Positions 56,552 through 58,020 of a stretch of 58,020 nucleotides of DNA are shown here, in pieces. Position numbers and translations under genes: made by a program. This stretch comes from Patescibacteria group bacterium (lineage in GTDB: Bacteria > Patescibacteriota > Minisyncoccia > Phycocordibacterales > JACOZG01): assembly GCA_038064435.1 (NCBI GenBank), contig JBBTTC010000017.1, positions 1 to 58,020 on the forward strand, in the 5' to 3' direction. The notes beneath the pieces were generated by a model, which was not told where the DNA came from, did no database searches, and saw nothing but the letters and a program-made list of their open reading frames with translations. Positions within the stretch are counted from its first letter, which is position 1. The number at the start of each line of letters is the position of its first letter.

Positions 56552-56941
56552 TTATTTTATTGGTTTAGTTTTTATCCTAACCAACACCCCCTTTTCTCCC
56601 AGTGATTTTACCTGAAACTCTGGACTGTTCATTCTCCCTAGCCAGTGATCTTGTTGTTGATCGTCGTCAATAAATTTATCATTAACACGATCTAACAATC
56701 TCACATGGCCACCTTCCGGGTAGTCAAGTTCAAAGGCATAGCCCGGCGGTATTCGAATCACTTCCGAATACCGGCCCACTGGCGCCACCACCAACCAGGG
56801 TGTTTCGGTAGCCGTTGCCACGGACGTTCGTTTTTGAGTCGTGGCCCATTTAAAACTTTGGTTGACGATCACCCCCACGCAGATTAGGAGAACTGAACCA
56901 ATTAGTAACCATTTTCCTACGAACAAGTGCCGAACGATCAC
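56552..56941 (-). CDS. Membrane-anchored hypothetical protein
   Basis: N-terminal TM and beta-rich domain; GTGA-coupled to the SPFH gene. Confidence 0.65.
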   Translation of the reverse strand: MIVRHLFVGKWLLIGSVLLICVGVIVNQSFKWATTQKRTSVATATETPWLVVAPVGRYSEVIRIPPGYAFELDYPEGGHVRLLDRVNDKFIDDDQQQDHWLGRMNSPEFQVKSLGEKGVLVRIKTKPIK

Positions 56942-57864
56942 GGTTTACTCCTTCCTTTTGGCGGTGTGGTGCCACCAGGGTTGGTTATAACAATTGGCCG
57001 GACTCCGCCACCAAGTCCCTCAAACGTAGTTACTTGACGTTCCGCTCGGTTGTCCATCACGTCAATTGCGACGTTGGCTTCTTGGGCGGTTAGACCGGCA
57101 ATCCTAAGTTTTTGGATATTGGTGATTTTGGCGTCTGTTTTGGTGGTTAAAGCACTGGCCTGCGCCTGCGCCCGCCGTTCTTTTTCCAGATCCTCAGCAA
57201 CTTCCGGACTAAATTGTACTCCGGTCAAAGAGAAGGTCTGGATATCTATTCCGTACTTTTCTTCAATTGGTGAATGACTACCGTCACCTGTAGCCTTTAG
57301 CTTTTTGGAGATGAGGATCCGGTGGTTATCGTAATGGTCCAAGATCTTGGTCTTGTCTGTTATGGGTAGGGGTACCCCTGATCCATATTTTTTGGGCCAT
57401 CTGAACGTTATGTGCGGCATGTCTTTGAGCCGAAGAAGGCAATTAATTAAATCTCCAATTGCCCCTCTCTTCTCAATGAACTCGCTGGCATTATGCACAC
57501 CGGAAATGACGCCGATTTCATTTTTCACTGCTTCTTGTAGACCAGTGATTATGTCCTTGTCCTCGACCTCGTAGTAGCGCTTCATATGTTCTTCGTCTGG
57601 GCGCCACTGAATTGTGGCATTGATGGTGATGCCCACGCCCTCCCTAGCTGTCACCTTGACGGTTAGGTCGGTGGTTTTTAGTTCGTACGAAAACGCTTCC
57701 ACACGGTAGAAAAAGGGGATAATCCAATGCCATCCCTCTGGTAGGGGATCTCCGTCAACCCTTTTACCCATTCGCACGAGAATTCCATAGTTGGCCGTAG
57801 GTACGACAATAATGCCGTACAAAATAAAGGCAATTGTCAATATCGCCACAATAACCCATAGCAT
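56938..57864 (-). CDS. SPFH/Band 7 domain protein
   Basis: TM, then VVP...GILVRMGK.....PEGWHWIIPF; YGIDI and C-terminal AQAQA coil. Confidence 0.82.
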   Translation of the reverse strand: MLWVIVAILTIAFILYGIIVVPTANYGILVRMGKRVDGDPLPEGWHWIIPFFYRVEAFSYELKTTDLTVKVTAREGVGITINATIQWRPDEEHMKRYYEVEDKDIITGLQEAVKNEIGVISGVHNASEFIEKRGAIGDLINCLLRLKDMPHITFRWPKKYGSGVPLPITDKTKILDHYDNHRILISKKLKATGDGSHSPIEEKYGIDIQTFSLTGVQFSPEVAEDLEKERRAQAQASALTTKTDAKITNIQKLRIAGLTAQEANVAIDVMDNRAERQVTTFEGLGGGVRPIVITNPGGTTPPKGRSKP

Positions 57865-57932
57865 ATGCGTCTCCTTAAGGTAGGTTTTTTTCGCTTTTTA
57901 ATTGTCAAACAACATGTCTGACCTCTTTCCTA

Positions 57933-57962
57933 ATTATAACTCGTCTAGCTAGTAAAAGTCAA
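57933..57962 (-). promoter_or_regulatory. Sigma70 promoter of the SPFH operon
   Basis: TTGACT-18 nt-TATAAT on the minus strand. Confidence 0.7.
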
Positions 57963-58020
57963 GTGCCCGTAATGGTTCAATAGCTTGGAATCACTTTAAC
58001 CGTTAACATCCAAGCATATG

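Overview
Chromosomal window from a small-genome bacterium. Gene content and style fit Patescibacteria/CPR (Parcubacteria-like), using the standard genetic code; the taxonomy is inferred, not proven. It opens in the 3' part of a 23S rRNA gene interrupted by two group I introns only 63 nt apart. One is ORF-less, at E. coli position 2593. The other carries a LAGLIDADG homing endonuclease and is inserted inside the sarcin-ricin loop (U2656/A2657). A short 5S rRNA follows. Most of the rest is housekeeping (rodA, groES/EL, lemA/htpX, murA, typA, class II RNR, rnpB, murJ, lepA, valS, tsaD, trxB, ftsA/Z, ybeY, hisS, lepB, pth, rpsA, gyrA, seven tRNAs). Accessory parts are: (i) an AT-rich defence islet at tRNA-Ser(GGA) with an OLD-like ABC-ATPase/TOPRIM nuclease, a controller-REase-MTase module with atypical catalytic motifs and a shared 19-bp operator, and remnants of a second R-M system; (ii) two type IV pilins next to glycosyltransferases; (iii) an array of five VirB2/TrbC-like pilins coupled to an orphan solute-binding protein; (iv) single orphan genes beside tRNAs. 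Non-coding signals include widespread -10 boxes 6-7 nt before start codons (leaderless mRNAs), a thrice-repeated internal-loop module in RNase P RNA, a tRNA-Gly 5' remnant that supplies a stop codon, and a GATC-NN-CCGCGG-NN-GATC palindrome family. All family assignments are from motif reading by eye; no database searches were run.
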